From an uncultured delta proteobacterium (lineage in GTDB: Bacteria > Myxococcota_A > UBA9160 > UBA4427): DNA of 64,000 nucleotides. The notes beneath the pieces were generated by a model. That model was not told where the DNA came from and searched no databases. It saw nothing but the letters and a program-made list of their open reading frames with translations. The translations under genes were made by a program, and so were the position numbers. Shown in pieces: positions 63,907 through 64,000 of the stretch. Each line of letters starts with the position of its first letter. Position 1 is the first letter of the stretch. The stretch lies in contig CAWGJT010000005.1 of NCBI GenBank assembly GCA_963822965.1, forward strand, positions 1-64,000. The letters are read 5' to 3'.

Positions 63907-64000
63907 TCACCGGAAGCGCCGCATCCGTCGCGACGAGACGAAGGAGATCCAGGCCTCCTTCGTGGTGTAGACGGGCTCGCCGAAGGCCCGCCATCCCCGC
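63907..64000 (-). CDS. C-terminus of an upstream gene, possibly an NAD-dependent epimerase (5'-partial)
   Basis: ...AFGEPVYTTKEAWISFVSSRRMRRFR*; tail resembles extended-SDR ends that often precede Rv0502-like genes. Confidence 0.45.
   Translation of the reverse strand, partial: RGWRAFGEPVYTTKEAWISFVSSRRMRRFR

Overview
This is a very GC-rich bacterial chromosome segment. The gene content (TIGR02265/DUF2378-like protein, MJ0042 zinc-ribbon protein, PilZ, Cys-type CcmE, conserved leader gene before ftsEX) suggests Myxococcota/Deltaproteobacteria; this is an inference. Many genes, including essential ones (ftsX, ffh, hisG, ccmF), are split by single-base frameshifts. These are best read as long-read assembly errors, so genes below are given as reconstructed spans. 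Content in order: envC-ftsX-ftsE with a leader gene; secreted and PEP-CTERM surface proteins; VOC and AraC genes; a heterodimeric ABC exporter; an F420 operon (cofD-cofC-cofE); engB; a variant System I cytochrome c maturation operon; a sigma54-driven orphan Zn-finger gene; hisG/hisI; plsB; ffh; an MltD-like gene; an rlmN/trmB/sppA/vWA/AAA operon; and a 2-phosphoglycerate kinase-like gene. From about 49.5 to 61.5 kb lies a carbon-storage-flavoured region. The best candidate novel system is a MerR regulator followed by a ParA ATPase fused to an AMPK-type glycogen-binding (CBM48) domain, then an apparently catalytically dead FlhG/MinD-like protein and a dead NucS-like nuclease fold. This could be a glycogen-granule positioning system. 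Nearby are an ArsA/Get3 ATPase pair and a PhaR-phasin fusion. No rRNA, tRNA, CRISPR array or transposase was recognised. All family calls come from motif recognition by eye, not database searches.
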